From: Deltaproteobacteria bacterium | Lineage (GTDB): Bacteria > Myxococcota_A > Polyangia > Polyangiales > Houyiibacteriaceae | Direction: 5' to 3' | Length of the DNA: 36,910 bases | NCBI GenBank assembly: GCA_034670305.1 | Contig: JAXMNT010000067.1 | Coordinates: 1 to 36,910 of the forward strand | Shown here: positions 1 to 8,987 of the stretch, one piece after another | How the letters are laid out: every line of letters starts with the position of its first letter | Numbering within the stretch: position 1 is the stretch's first letter | Made by a program: the position numbers and the translations under genes | Notes under the pieces: generated by a model | The model's input: only the letters and a program-made list of their open reading frames with translations | Told to the model about the DNA's origin: nothing | Databases searched by the model: none

Positions 1-126
1 GTGCTCCCGACTCATCAGGTCTTCAGCCTGCTGTCGGATCGCGAAGAAGAACGCCGCCGCGACGTCGTGGTCCATCAAGCGCTCGCGGTTCTTCGAGAAC
101 GACGTCGCGTCGAACGCCGGCTCCAT
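1..126 (-). pseudogene. IS5/IS1182-type DDE transposase internal fragment, running off the left edge and lacking its N-terminus
   Basis: My translation of the minus strand from 126 is MEPAFDATSFSKNRERLMDHDVAAAFFFAIRQQAEDLMSREH. This matches the 'D.s.FSKNR.RL....A..FF..v..qA...L.S.EHF.VDGT' segment of IS5-type transposases. It abuts an IS-type end at 199-217. Confidence 0.8.
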
Positions 127-217
127 CCGCTGATCCGCGGGCAAGGGCAAAGGCAAGGGCAGGGGCAAGGGGCAGGCTGCGAGAACGCCCTGCGGGCGTT
201 CTTCAGCAACCTGCTAG
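127..217 (-). mobile_element. IS5-type element end (copy 1): CTAG target, terminal IR CAGGTTGCTGAAGAA, internal hairpin and (GCCCTT)n-like tract
   Basis: The 91 bp are the reverse complement of 36786-36876 with one mismatch. CTAG is at 214-217 and the IR at 199-213, next to the transposase fragment. Confidence 0.75.
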
Positions 218-602
218 ACGTGCACGTATTCGTGAGCGTCCTCGTACCCGTACCCGTTCAGCACACATCTTGGAGAGCATCGAGACCACCCGAACGAGGA
301 GCCCTCGCGGTGAGTCTGCTCGTTGAGCAACTCCATCACGCGCAGGGCGTCGAGGCGTGCGCCGAGCTCCATTGCGGAGCCGCGCGCCAGCCCCTCGAAC
401 CAGCGCTGGAACACGCCCGACTTCGACCATCGAGAGAAGCGCGCACGGGCCAAGCCGATGGCAGGTCCCTCAGGGTGCACCCACAGCTCGGCCGAGTTGA
501 AGAATGCTTGGATGGCGTCGGCGGTTGGAACCACAGCGACCAACAGAACTCACGTCTGTTCAACGATGGCGAGGACGAGGACGCACACGGGTACGTGCAC
601 GT
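218..602. repeat. 28-bp imperfect inverted repeats (218-245 / 575-602) followed by a GTGCAC/GTGTAC tandem tract to about 625
   Basis: ACGTGCACGTATTCGTGAGCGTCCTCGT versus ACGAGGACGCACACGGGTACGTGCACGT: 25 of 28 positions are complementary. Confidence 0.7.
330..563 (-). pseudogene. Degenerate, frameshifted IS5-family (DUF4096-type N-terminal domain) transposase remnant
   Basis: One frame gives NRREF...GCTLRDLPS (compare G.PWRDLP) and the adjacent frame gives RFSRWSKSGVFQRWFEGL (compare RF.RW.k.Gvw..if.aL). Boundaries are approximate. Confidence 0.55.
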
Positions 603-666
603 GCACGTGTACGTGTACGTGCACGAAGGCCGCGCGTACGGCCCTTTGAAGACACTGGCCGCTCAT

Positions 667-712
667 GAGGCGAGGGCAGAGGGCAGAGGGCAGAGGGCAG
701 GGGCAGAGGGGG
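667..712 (+). repeat. (GAGGGCA)n heptamer tandem repeat
   Basis: About five copies of GAGGGCA or close variants are directly visible. Confidence 0.85.
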
Positions 713-721
713 TTGAGCAGT

Positions 722-745
722 GAAGGGCGCCGCAAGGCGCCCTTC
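722..745 (-). terminator. Perfect 10-bp hairpin just downstream of the PARP stop (terminator or REP-like)
   Basis: GAAGGGCGCC-GCAA-GGCGCCCTTC, extendable by TGAGCA (714-719) / TGCTCA (747-752). There is no strong U-tract on the minus strand. Confidence 0.5.
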
Positions 746-749
746 TTGC

Positions 750-2231
750 TCAGCCCGTGAACTCGACGAGGTACTCGAGCTGCTGTTGCTCGGCGCGGTA
801 GATGACGAGCTCGTCGTCGTCGAAGTCGCTCGTGAGTCCCTTCTTCCGCCGCAGGCCGTGGCAGCTGTCGAAGCCCTTGGGCGGCGCGTCGAGGCCGTAG
901 GTGATCTTGCGGTACTCCTTCACCTTGCCGAGGGCGACGCGGGTGATGGCCATGAACCGCGTCTTCTTCTTGCCGGCGGACGTGTAGTAGAGCGGCGTGC
1001 ACGCGGCGTCGCCGAAGTAGATGCCGTTGCCGAGCCAGCCCGCGTCGGTGCGGTTGACGCCCATGCTCACGACGATCTTCGGCAGCAGGATCCCGCGCGA
1101 GAGAATGCCTACCCAGTTCTTGATGCGCGAGCCGTGGAACAACATCTTTTCGTTGCCCACCTTCTTGTCGAAGCGCTTGCGCTCTTCGGCGCGGGCGATT
1201 TCGAAGACGTTCTTCACCTTGATGTGCTTGGTCTTCACCTGGGACCCCTCGACGTAGTCCTTCCACTCCTTGAACTGCGTCGACTTGTGGTCGATGGGCT
1301 TCATGTCGCAGGTGAGCGCTTTGTACTTCTTGTCGATCTCGGGATCGAAGAGCACGGAGTCGCCAGCGTCGCCGTCGACCTGCAGCATGTCCTTCATGAG
1401 CTGCAGGGTCTCCATCTTCGCCTGGAACTCGGCGAGCGTGTCGATCACCGACTGCTGGGCGGCGCTGCGCGAGCGCCCGATGCGGTGCGGAATGAAGGTG
1501 TAGAACTCGCCGCTCAGATCGGTGAGGTCGTCGTGGAGTTTGGTCTTCTTGGCGCCGCTCGATTTCTCGTACGTCTTGAAGACCTTCCAGGCCTGCTCGA
1601 TGACCTTGTCGCCCTTTTCGACCTGTCCGATGGTGAGCACCCCGAGCGGTGTCTCGATTCCGTTCGCGGTGATCTTCGCCTGGACGGTCGTCGTGAGCGC
1701 GGTGGTCGCCTCGTCGTAGAGGTAGCTGACCAGATCCTGGATCGGCTTCGGGAGCGTCGACGGTTTCGGTGCGCTCTTCTTCTTGGGCGCCTTCTTCTTG
1801 CCCGACTTGCCCTCTTCGATCTTCTGGATCGTGGCGTCGTCGACGTGTCCACTCGAGGTGCCGCGCGCCTTGTGGGAGCCGATGGCCGAAGAAGCGAGGT
1901 CGACCTCCTTGTAGCCCTTCCGCTTCGAGGTCTTCTGGCTGTAGATGCTGTCGTAGTTGGCTTGGGCCTCACCGAGCGAGAGGTGGTAGCGCGACTCGCG
2001 GGTGCCGGCGTTGGGGTTCGACTCGAGGTCGTCGGTGCGGCCGTAGTGCGTGTACACGCGGTAGTCGTGGCTGCTCTTGCCCTTCGCCTTGTGCAGTTCG
2101 ATCGCGTAGTACTTGTTCCGGTTGGTCTTGATGTCGGTGACCTGCAGAACCGCCTTCTTCACGATCTCGAAGTCCGATGCGAACTTCGGTTCGCCCGCTG
2201 CGCCTTCTCTCCACGACTTAACCTTCGCCAT
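750..2231 (-). CDS. Poly(ADP-ribose) polymerase: WGR + PARP regulatory + PARP catalytic domains (493 aa)
   Basis: WGR-like NKYYAIELH...YTHYGRT...KTSKRKGY; PARP_reg TPLGVLT...LSGEFYTFIPH; catalytic LFHGS, GNGIYFG and DDELVIY (H-Y-E triad). The start ATG at 2231 is preceded by GGAGG. Confidence 0.93.
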   Translation of the reverse strand: MAKVKSWREGAAGEPKFASDFEIVKKAVLQVTDIKTNRNKYYAIELHKAKGKSSHDYRVYTHYGRTDDLESNPNAGTRESRYHLSLGEAQANYDSIYSQKTSKRKGYKEVDLASSAIGSHKARGTSSGHVDDATIQKIEEGKSGKKKAPKKKSAPKPSTLPKPIQDLVSYLYDEATTALTTTVQAKITANGIETPLGVLTIGQVEKGDKVIEQAWKVFKTYEKSSGAKKTKLHDDLTDLSGEFYTFIPHRIGRSRSAAQQSVIDTLAEFQAKMETLQLMKDMLQVDGDAGDSVLFDPEIDKKYKALTCDMKPIDHKSTQFKEWKDYVEGSQVKTKHIKVKNVFEIARAEERKRFDKKVGNEKMLFHGSRIKNWVGILSRGILLPKIVVSMGVNRTDAGWLGNGIYFGDAACTPLYYTSAGKKKTRFMAITRVALGKVKEYRKITYGLDAPPKGFDSCHGLRRKKGLTSDFDDDELVIYRAEQQQLEYLVEFTG

Positions 2232-2325
2232 CGGTGTCCTCCACGTGCCTGCGGCACATTGCTTCTGAGCGGAGACGCGGTTGCGACCGCGGCTCGAGCA
2301 CGTGGACGGTACTACGGCTGTCTGG

Positions 2326-3366
2326 TCAGTTGCTTCCCAACTCTTCGACACCGGCTGGGGAGCCGGCATCGTGCGCCGGCGCTTGTGGCGGGCCCTCCGG
2401 TCGCGGGTCGGCGCGGAAGGCTTCTGCGAGTCGCTGCAGTCCAGAAGCCACGTTGTCGCATTTCGTACGGAAGGCGTCGGCGTGGTCGGCGAAATCCACC
2501 GTGCTGCCGTCCAGGATCCGTTTTCCGGTCGCGTTGTAGAGCCACCATCCGGTGCTCGATCGGTAGAGGCGCGGAACAGGACGGCTCCCGCGTCCCTCGG
2601 CGTACGCCACGTGCGCCTCGACCTTGGCGGTCAGCAGATCGATCGTCTGCGCTCGGTCGAGCACCCATTCCCCGGACACGCGCTCGAGTTCCGTCCGGAG
2701 GAACAAGTAGTCGGCGACGATGCCCCTCGAGAGGTTCCACGCTGCCAGGTCGCTTCGCGACAGCGAGATCCTCATGTGGGTGTTGAACGCGTCCTGCGCG
2801 TTCGGTGGCACCCGCGCGCGCAACGCCTCTGCGACCGCGACGTGGTCTTCGAGCAGCGCCGCCACCGTCAGGTGCATGACGATCGAACGGGCGTGGGTGC
2901 CGAGGTCCTTCAGGCGGTCCAAGTCGCGCGACCACCGATCCGCCGCCTCGACCCAGCGTTGTTCGCGGGCGAGCCACACCACCGTCGCTTGGCTCGCGCG
3001 GAACAGTTCCAGGGTGGGGATGGGATTGCAGGGCTCGCCCGGCGCGCACCCTTCCACGAAGCGCGGCCGGGAGAGGACCGGGTCCGCGTGCGCCTGGCAG
3101 GTACGCTCGAACGCTTCGAGCTCGTCGGGCGCCAGGCGATCGAGGGATCCCCACAGGTCCTCCGGGTCCAGCTCGAGGTCGCGGCAGTCGTGGAGTGAGA
3201 TGGGCAGGAGTGCCCAGCCGTTCTCCGCCGCGCTCGGCAACTGCGGCAAGTCGGAGGGCGTCCACGGCGCGGGGCCCGCTTCACCGATGCGATGTAGACC
3301 GAGGTACCCGCCGACCAACAGCGCCAGCACCCCCACGCCCACCATGATCCATCTGATTCGCGTCAT
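2326..3366 (-). CDS. Hypothetical N-terminally membrane-anchored protein (346 aa)
   Basis: The start MTRIRWIMVGVGVLALLVGGYLGL is a TM/signal anchor and is preceded by GAGG. It has several Cys residues and no recognisable domain. Confidence 0.7.
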   Translation of the reverse strand: MTRIRWIMVGVGVLALLVGGYLGLHRIGEAGPAPWTPSDLPQLPSAAENGWALLPISLHDCRDLELDPEDLWGSLDRLAPDELEAFERTCQAHADPVLSRPRFVEGCAPGEPCNPIPTLELFRASQATVVWLAREQRWVEAADRWSRDLDRLKDLGTHARSIVMHLTVAALLEDHVAVAEALRARVPPNAQDAFNTHMRISLSRSDLAAWNLSRGIVADYLFLRTELERVSGEWVLDRAQTIDLLTAKVEAHVAYAEGRGSRPVPRLYRSSTGWWLYNATGKRILDGSTVDFADHADAFRTKCDNVASGLQRLAEAFRADPRPEGPPQAPAHDAGSPAGVEELGSN

Positions 3367-3575
3367 ACCTGCCTCGAGTGTCGTCGTTCTGGTCAGCAAA
3401 GCCCATGCCGGTTCTGCGGCGTCGATTCGCTCGACAAGTTGCACAGACGCCATGGTCGGGACCGACAGGCTGTCGACGGACTTCGGAAGCGCCAAGACAA
3501 CGGGTCCCACACACGGACACATGCGCAGTGCGGGGAGAGCGGCGCGCTGGCTCTGCAGATCCGCTATCATGCGGC

Positions 3576-4601
3576 GTGGCTTCTCGCGCGACCGTTGCTC
3601 TTCTCGCCTTTCTCCCTCTCGCAGGGTGCGCGGTGGATCGGACCGGCCTGAACCCTGCGCCGGAGGTCGACGCCGCCGGTGTCGATGCGCCGGGCGTGGA
3701 TGCGCCGGGCATGGATGCGCCGGGCATGGATGCGCCGGGAGTGGATGCGCCGGGCGTGGACGCGCCAGGGGTGGACGCGCCGGGGGTGGACGCGCCGGGG
3801 GTAGACGCGGGCACCGATGCGGGCACCGACGCCGGCACCGACGCCGGCACCGACGCGGGACCGATCGTCGACCCGTGTCCCGGACCGCCGATGGGCCCGC
3901 TCGACATCTGGTACGACGCGCAGGCGCCGACCGGCGTATACGGCGTCGTGCCGGCTGCGTTCGACACCTGGACCGACCGCGCCGGCACCAACCACGCCAC
4001 CTGCGTGAACACCAGGCTTGCGCCGAACGAGTTCGGCACCAACCGGCACGCCGTGATTCTCACCGGGAGCGATTCCGAGGCGAGCTACTGCCAGTTCGCG
4101 AACCCCGATCTCACCAACATGGTGATCGTCGCCGTGCTGGCGACCGACGACGGCCGCGACGCCGGCGGCTGGATTGCGAGCCCGGTCATCGTCGGCGGAG
4201 ACCGAGACGGCAACCACAACGACGCCGGGTTCGTGATGGCGGGGGGGCGACTCGGGTTCACCCGCCGCAACGTGGGACACGACGTCCGGGGTCCGAACCG
4301 CTACGCCGACAACGTGCTGCGTTCCTACTCGATGGTGCGCGGGGTGCGGTTCACGCCCGGTGGCCCCGTGTTCGAAGGGGAGGGCATCACGATCTTCGTG
4401 AACGACGGGTTCGAGGTCACTGGAACGACCACCTCGGGCCGGGTCGACCAGCCTGGCGAGTGGTACCTCGGGGCCCACGAAACGCTCCTCAACGGCCGCT
4501 TCTCAGCGCGCTACGCAGAGGTCCTGGTGTTCGACCGGATCTTGGACGGCGACGAGATCCTCGCGCTCAACACCCACCTCAGCTGTCGCCACGGCATCTG
4601 A
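3576..4601 (+). CDS. Lipoprotein with (V/M)DAPG and TDAG repeats and a C-terminal LamG/ConA-like beta domain (341 aa)
   Basis: Lipobox LAGC after a hydrophobic stretch. The C-terminus ITIFVNDG...WYLGA...FSARYAEVLVFDRILDGDEILALNTHL resembles LamG_3 endings. The GTG start is inferred. Confidence 0.75.
   Translation: MASRATVALLAFLPLAGCAVDRTGLNPAPEVDAAGVDAPGVDAPGMDAPGMDAPGVDAPGVDAPGVDAPGVDAPGVDAGTDAGTDAGTDAGTDAGPIVDPCPGPPMGPLDIWYDAQAPTGVYGVVPAAFDTWTDRAGTNHATCVNTRLAPNEFGTNRHAVILTGSDSEASYCQFANPDLTNMVIVAVLATDDGRDAGGWIASPVIVGGDRDGNHNDAGFVMAGGRLGFTRRNVGHDVRGPNRYADNVLRSYSMVRGVRFTPGGPVFEGEGITIFVNDGFEVTGTTTSGRVDQPGEWYLGAHETLLNGRFSARYAEVLVFDRILDGDEILALNTHLSCRHGI
3666..3860 (+). repeat. In-frame coding tandem repeats: 15 bp x9 (xDAPG) then 12 bp x5 (xDAG)
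   Basis: GTGGATGCGCCGGGC-type and ACCGACGCCGGC-type units, with variation mostly at synonymous positions. Confidence 0.9.
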
Positions 4602-4629
4602 GGCTTCGCTCCCATGTCGGCCGTGGTGG

Positions 4630-6249
4630 CTAGATCGCTGCCGTCACGATCGCTTCGGCTTCTTCCTGAATCGTTCGAAGGTGGGCTTCGCCCCGGAAGC
4701 TCTCCGCGTAGATCTTGTAGATGTCCTCGGTGCCACTCGGGCGCGCCGCGAACCAGCCGTGTTCGGTGGCGACCTTCAGGCCACCGATGGCTTCGCCGTT
4801 CCCGGACGCCCGGGTGAGTTTGGCGGTGATCGGATCGCCGGCCAGCGTCGTTGCTTTGACCTGCTCGGGTCCGAGCTTCTTCAGTGCGGCCTTTTGTTCG
4901 AGCGTGGCGGGGGCGTCGGTCCGTTCGTAGACCGGCGTGCCGAACTGCTCGGTCAGCTCGAGGTAGCGGTCGCCGAGATCCTTCTTCGTGGTCGCGGTGA
5001 TCTCGGCCGCGATCAGATCGAGCAGGATGCCGTCCTTGTCGGTGGTCCAAACGGCGCCGTCCTTGCGGAGGAAACTCGCGCCGGCGCTCTCTTCCCCGCC
5101 GAACCCGAATGAACCATCGAGCAGTCCGTCGACGAAGTGCTTGAATCCGACGGGGACCTCGCAGAGCTCGCGGCCAAGGGACTCGGCCACGCGGTCGATC
5201 ATCGAACTCGACACCAGCGTCTTGCCCACCTTCGCACCGGGCCATTCGCGGGTGCGAAAGAGGTGATCGATCGCCACCGAGAGAAAGTGGTTCGGGTTCA
5301 TCAGTCCGTGTTTCGGGGTGACGATCCCGTGGCGGTCGTAGTCGGTGTCGTTTCCGAACGCGATGTCGAATCGGTCGCGCAGTTTCACGAGCGATGCCAT
5401 CGCGTAGGGCGAGGAGCAGTCCATCCGGATCTTGCCGTCGCGGTCCAACGTCATGAACGCGAACCGCGGGTCCACCTGTTCGTTGACCACGGTGAGCTCG
5501 AGCTTCCACCGCTCGGCGATCGGACCCCAGTAGTCGATGCCGGAGCCACCCATCGGATCGACGCCGATGCGGAGACCGGCGCTCGAGATCGCCTCCATGT
5601 CGACCACCTCGCCGAGTGCCTCCACGTACGGCGTGACGAAGTCGTATTCGGTCACGAGGCTGGAAGTGCGGGTCTCTGAAGTGGATCCTCGACGGATCCC
5701 AGATGGATCCCGGAGGAGTTCGTTGGCGCGGGCTTCGATCTGCGCGGTGATCTCCCCACCGGCCGGTCCGCCGTGGGGCGGGTCGTACTTGAACCCGCCG
5801 TCCGAAGGCGGGTTGTGACTCGGCGTGATCACCACCCCGTCGGCGGTGCGATCGCTGGTGCGGTTGTGCCCGAGCACCGCGAACGAGACCGCGGGCGTCG
5901 GCGTGTAGCCCCGGGCACGCAGTACCTGTACGCCGTTCGCGACGAACACCTCGATCGCGGTCTGCTGGGCGGGGGTGCTCAAGGCGTGGGTGTCGATGCC
6001 GAGAAAGAGTGGCCCGGTGATGCCGACTGCGGCGCGGTGCTCGCACACCGCTTGGGTGATGGCGGCGATGTGCGCGTCGTTGAACGAGCGGGTGAACGAC
6101 GAGCCGCGGTGGCCGGACGTGCCGAACGAGACCCGGTGGGTGCGTTCGGAAGGGTCGGGCGCGTCGGTGTAGTACGCCGAGACGAGCGCGGGCACGTCGA
6201 CGAGGAACTCACGTGGTGCGATTTGGCCTGCGAGGGGATGGGTCGCCAT
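4630..6249 (-). CDS. pgm: Phosphoglucomutase (alpha-D-glucose-1,6-bisphosphate dependent)
   Basis: [10 protein letters not shown], catalytic TPSHNP, metal loop [21 protein letters not shown] and [16 protein letters not shown]. Confidence 0.97.
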   Translation of the reverse strand: MATHPLAGQIAPREFLVDVPALVSAYYTDAPDPSERTHRVSFGTSGHRGSSFTRSFNDAHIAAITQAVCEHRAAVGITGPLFLGIDTHALSTPAQQTAIEVFVANGVQVLRARGYTPTPAVSFAVLGHNRTSDRTADGVVITPSHNPPSDGGFKYDPPHGGPAGGEITAQIEARANELLRDPSGIRRGSTSETRTSSLVTEYDFVTPYVEALGEVVDMEAISSAGLRIGVDPMGGSGIDYWGPIAERWKLELTVVNEQVDPRFAFMTLDRDGKIRMDCSSPYAMASLVKLRDRFDIAFGNDTDYDRHGIVTPKHGLMNPNHFLSVAIDHLFRTREWPGAKVGKTLVSSSMIDRVAESLGRELCEVPVGFKHFVDGLLDGSFGFGGEESAGASFLRKDGAVWTTDKDGILLDLIAAEITATTKKDLGDRYLELTEQFGTPVYERTDAPATLEQKAALKKLGPEQVKATTLAGDPITAKLTRASGNGEAIGGLKVATEHGWFAARPSGTEDIYKIYAESFRGEAHLRTIQEEAEAIVTAAI

Positions 6250-6281
6250 GAGCGCGCTGTAGCACGCGGGCGGTGAGGCGC

Positions 6282-6311
6282 CGACGAAGCCGAAGCCGAA
6301 CCCGACGCCGA
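6282..6311 (+). repeat. Short (GCCGAA)n-type remnant between pgm and the kinase gene
   Basis: CGACGAAGCCGAAGCCGAACCCGACGCCGA has the same unit as the larger tracts at 10551, 12929 and 22419. Confidence 0.6.
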
Positions 6312-6330
6312 TGGCGGCGCTCGGCCGCCT

Positions 6331-7131
6331 CTACGGGAAGTCGACGGTTTGTAGGGCGGAGTCGAGGGCCATGGCGTTGCGGAAGCGGTCGCCGCGGCGT
6401 TTGGCGAGGGCCAGTTTCAGGACGGCGTCCACGGGGGGGCACTTGGTCACCGGCGGGATCTCGGCGGTGGCGTGCATGCGCACCCAGTGCTGTCGGCTCT
6501 CGCCGACGAAGGGGAGCCGCCCTTCGACGCACTCGAAGAGCACGATGCCGGCCGAGTACACGTCGCTGGCGGCGTCCGCTTCTTCTCCGAAGCAGAGCTC
6601 GGGCGGCATGTACGCGGGGGTGCCGAGCTGGGTGCCGCGCCCGGTCAGGATGGAATGTTCTCCCCAACGCGAGGCATCGAAGAACTTGGCGAGGCCGAAG
6701 TCGAGCAGCTTCAGGCCACGGCTCGTGACGAACACGTTCGCGGGTTTCACGTCTCGATGTACGACGCCGGCTTCGTGCACCGCGGCGAGTCCCGCCACGA
6801 GTTGGCGGGCGAGCGCGAGTCCTTCTTCCACACTCACGCCGCCTTCGAGGCACGTGCGCAGGGACATGCCGCGAAGCCGTTCCATCACGAGGTAGGGGGT
6901 GCCCTCGCTGACGCCGAAGTCGAGCACTCGGACGACGCTCGGATGCGTGATGCCATTGAGCGCGCGCGCTTCGCGTTCGAGCCGTCGCCGTTCGTCGTCG
7001 TCGAGGTCGGCCTCTTCGTGCAACAGCTTCACCGCCACGATGGAGCCGTTCTTGGACCGAGCCTCCCAGATGCTCGCCGAAGCGCCTTTGCCGAGTGGCT
7101 CGAGAAGCTCGTACTGATCCACGCGCTGCAC
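6331..7131 (-). CDS. Stand-alone Hanks-type Ser/Thr protein kinase (266 aa)
   Basis: LGKGAS, VAVK, HRDVKPAN, DFGLAK, GTPAYMPPE and SDVYSAG motifs; no extra domains. Confidence 0.93.
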   Translation of the reverse strand: MQRVDQYELLEPLGKGASASIWEARSKNGSIVAVKLLHEEADLDDDERRRLEREARALNGITHPSVVRVLDFGVSEGTPYLVMERLRGMSLRTCLEGGVSVEEGLALARQLVAGLAAVHEAGVVHRDVKPANVFVTSRGLKLLDFGLAKFFDASRWGEHSILTGRGTQLGTPAYMPPELCFGEEADAASDVYSAGIVLFECVEGRLPFVGESRQHWVRMHATAEIPPVTKCPPVDAVLKLALAKRRGDRFRNAMALDSALQTVDFP

Positions 7132-7235
7132 GGTCAGAGTCTAACCCAAGCACCACCGAGGGCGGTGGTGCATAGGGCCGCCAGTCTCGCAAGGCGAGCC
7201 AGGCCCGTAGCGCCAATAAGGAAGCCTTGCGCCCC

Positions 7236-8903
7236 ATGGCCCGACTCCACCAAACTCGCCCGGTGTCGGACGGACCACCTTCGGATCTCGTCGGCCGGAC
7301 GTTTGCGGAGCGCTACAAGGTGCTCGCACCGCTCGGCGCCGGTGGCATGGGGGCGGTCTACGAGGCCGAACATCTGACGCTCGGTCGGCGGGTGGCGCTC
7401 AAGGTGCTGCAACCGGAGGTCGCCGGTCTGGCCGAGTTCCGTCAGCGCTTCGAGCGCGAGGCCCGCGCGCTCTCCGGCCTCAACCATCCGAACATCGTCA
7501 CAGTGACCGACTTCGGGATCCACGAGGGCGTGCCGTTCCTGGTGATGGAGTTGATCGACGGGCACACATTGAAAGAGCTGCTGTCCGGAGAGCGGCTCTT
7601 GCGGGCCCGCGTGGTGGAACTCGCGCGGCAGTTGTTCCGCGGCGTCGCGCACGCCCATGCGGCGGGTCTCGTACACCGGGATCTCAAACCACAGAACGTG
7701 ATCGTTCAACGCCTCGACGACGGGAGCGACCACGTCTTCGTGCTCGACTTCGGCCTCGCGCGCGCCATCGAGGGCGACGCCACCGTGACGCAGTCGGGGC
7801 TCGTCGTGGGCACGCCCGCCTACATGTCGCCCGAACAAGCGACCGGCGGGCGGGCGGATGCGCGCAGCGATGTCTACGCCCTCGGGCTGCTGCTGTTCCA
7901 GATGTTGTCGGGGCGGCATCCTTTTCCGACCAAAGAACCCTCCGAGCTCTTGCGCGCGCATCTGCTCACACCGCCGCCGCCCTTGCACACCGTCACGGGC
8001 GAAGCGCCGGACGCGGAACTCGAACGTCTGGTGGCGACGGCGCTCGCGAAGGAGCCCTCCGACCGGTTCGCGGACGCGACGGCGTTGCTCGAGGCGCTGG
8101 AGGCGATCGCACCGCGCGCATCGCTCACGCCTGCCATCGTCTCTCCGGTCAGCGAAGAACTCGCCACCAAAGGCGCGACCCCGGCCGCGGTGACGCCGAC
8201 TCCGGCGCCGGCCGATCCCCGGTACGACCGACAAGAGGGTGTCGTGGTCGACGCGGTGGCCCCGAAGAGTCTGCCACCTCCGAAGAAGCCGCGTTCGTTC
8301 GCAAGACGCCGCGGGCCGTGGCTTGGCGGGCTCGTGGGTCTTGGCCTGCTGACCGCCGGCGCCATCGTCTTCGTGTCCGACGGCGACCGCGATGCGACGG
8401 CCGATCCCGGGGTCGATCAGACCGAGCCGGAGATGGCACCCGAGATCGTGCCGGCGGTGCCGGTGACGACGCCCGCGGAACCGGAGGTCGAAGAAGAACC
8501 GTGGCCACGCGCGCTCGCTGGGGTTCTGGCCAAGGTGGAGCGCGGCGTCGACCCCACCGACGGGGAGGTGCGCCGGGTGGGGCTCTACGGAAGGCGCAAC
8601 CCAGAGGATGCGCGCCCGCTCGTGTTGCTGGGACGCGTCTACATGGCGAAGCGCTGGTACAGCGAAGCGCTGCGCAAGTACCGGACCGCACTCGCCCGCC
8701 ATCCCGAAGTGGCGGCGGATGCCACGGTGCGCGCGCACATGCTCGAGCTGGTGTGCGTCGATGCCACCCACGGGCAAGCGGTGCAGGCGATCGTGGCGCA
8801 CTTCGGACCCGACTTGCGGCCCGACGTGGTGCGCGCGATCCAGTCGGAGACGGACGAGGACAACCGCGACCGGCTCACCCGATTGCTCGACCGCCTCGAA
8901 TAG
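7236..8903 (+). CDS. Membrane Ser/Thr protein kinase with a TM segment and C-terminal TPR-like region
   Basis: GAGGMGAVY, VALK, HRDLKPQN, DFGLAR, GTPAYMSPE; TM WLGGLVGLGLLTAGAIVFV; TPR-like ARPLVLLGRVYMAKRWYSEALRKYRTAL. The start may be 7236 or 7263. Confidence 0.92.
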   Translation: MARLHQTRPVSDGPPSDLVGRTFAERYKVLAPLGAGGMGAVYEAEHLTLGRRVALKVLQPEVAGLAEFRQRFEREARALSGLNHPNIVTVTDFGIHEGVPFLVMELIDGHTLKELLSGERLLRARVVELARQLFRGVAHAHAAGLVHRDLKPQNVIVQRLDDGSDHVFVLDFGLARAIEGDATVTQSGLVVGTPAYMSPEQATGGRADARSDVYALGLLLFQMLSGRHPFPTKEPSELLRAHLLTPPPPLHTVTGEAPDAELERLVATALAKEPSDRFADATALLEALEAIAPRASLTPAIVSPVSEELATKGATPAAVTPTPAPADPRYDRQEGVVVDAVAPKSLPPPKKPRSFARRRGPWLGGLVGLGLLTAGAIVFVSDGDRDATADPGVDQTEPEMAPEIVPAVPVTTPAEPEVEEEPWPRALAGVLAKVERGVDPTDGEVRRVGLYGRRNPEDARPLVLLGRVYMAKRWYSEALRKYRTALARHPEVAADATVRAHMLELVCVDATHGQAVQAIVAHFGPDLRPDVVRAIQSETDEDNRDRLTRLLDRLE

Positions 8904-8987
8904 GGCGTTGTAGGCCATTCGAGGGGTGGCAGGGGAAGCGGCCCGCATCGGCCGCGGAGGCGCGGGCGATTCAAACCGGTCGGCGCT

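Noticed and set aside
1-723. 240-aa plus-strand ORF
   Set aside because: It is stitched from the transposase antisense strand and repeat tracts (GQGQ, VHVHV), so it is not a plausible gene.
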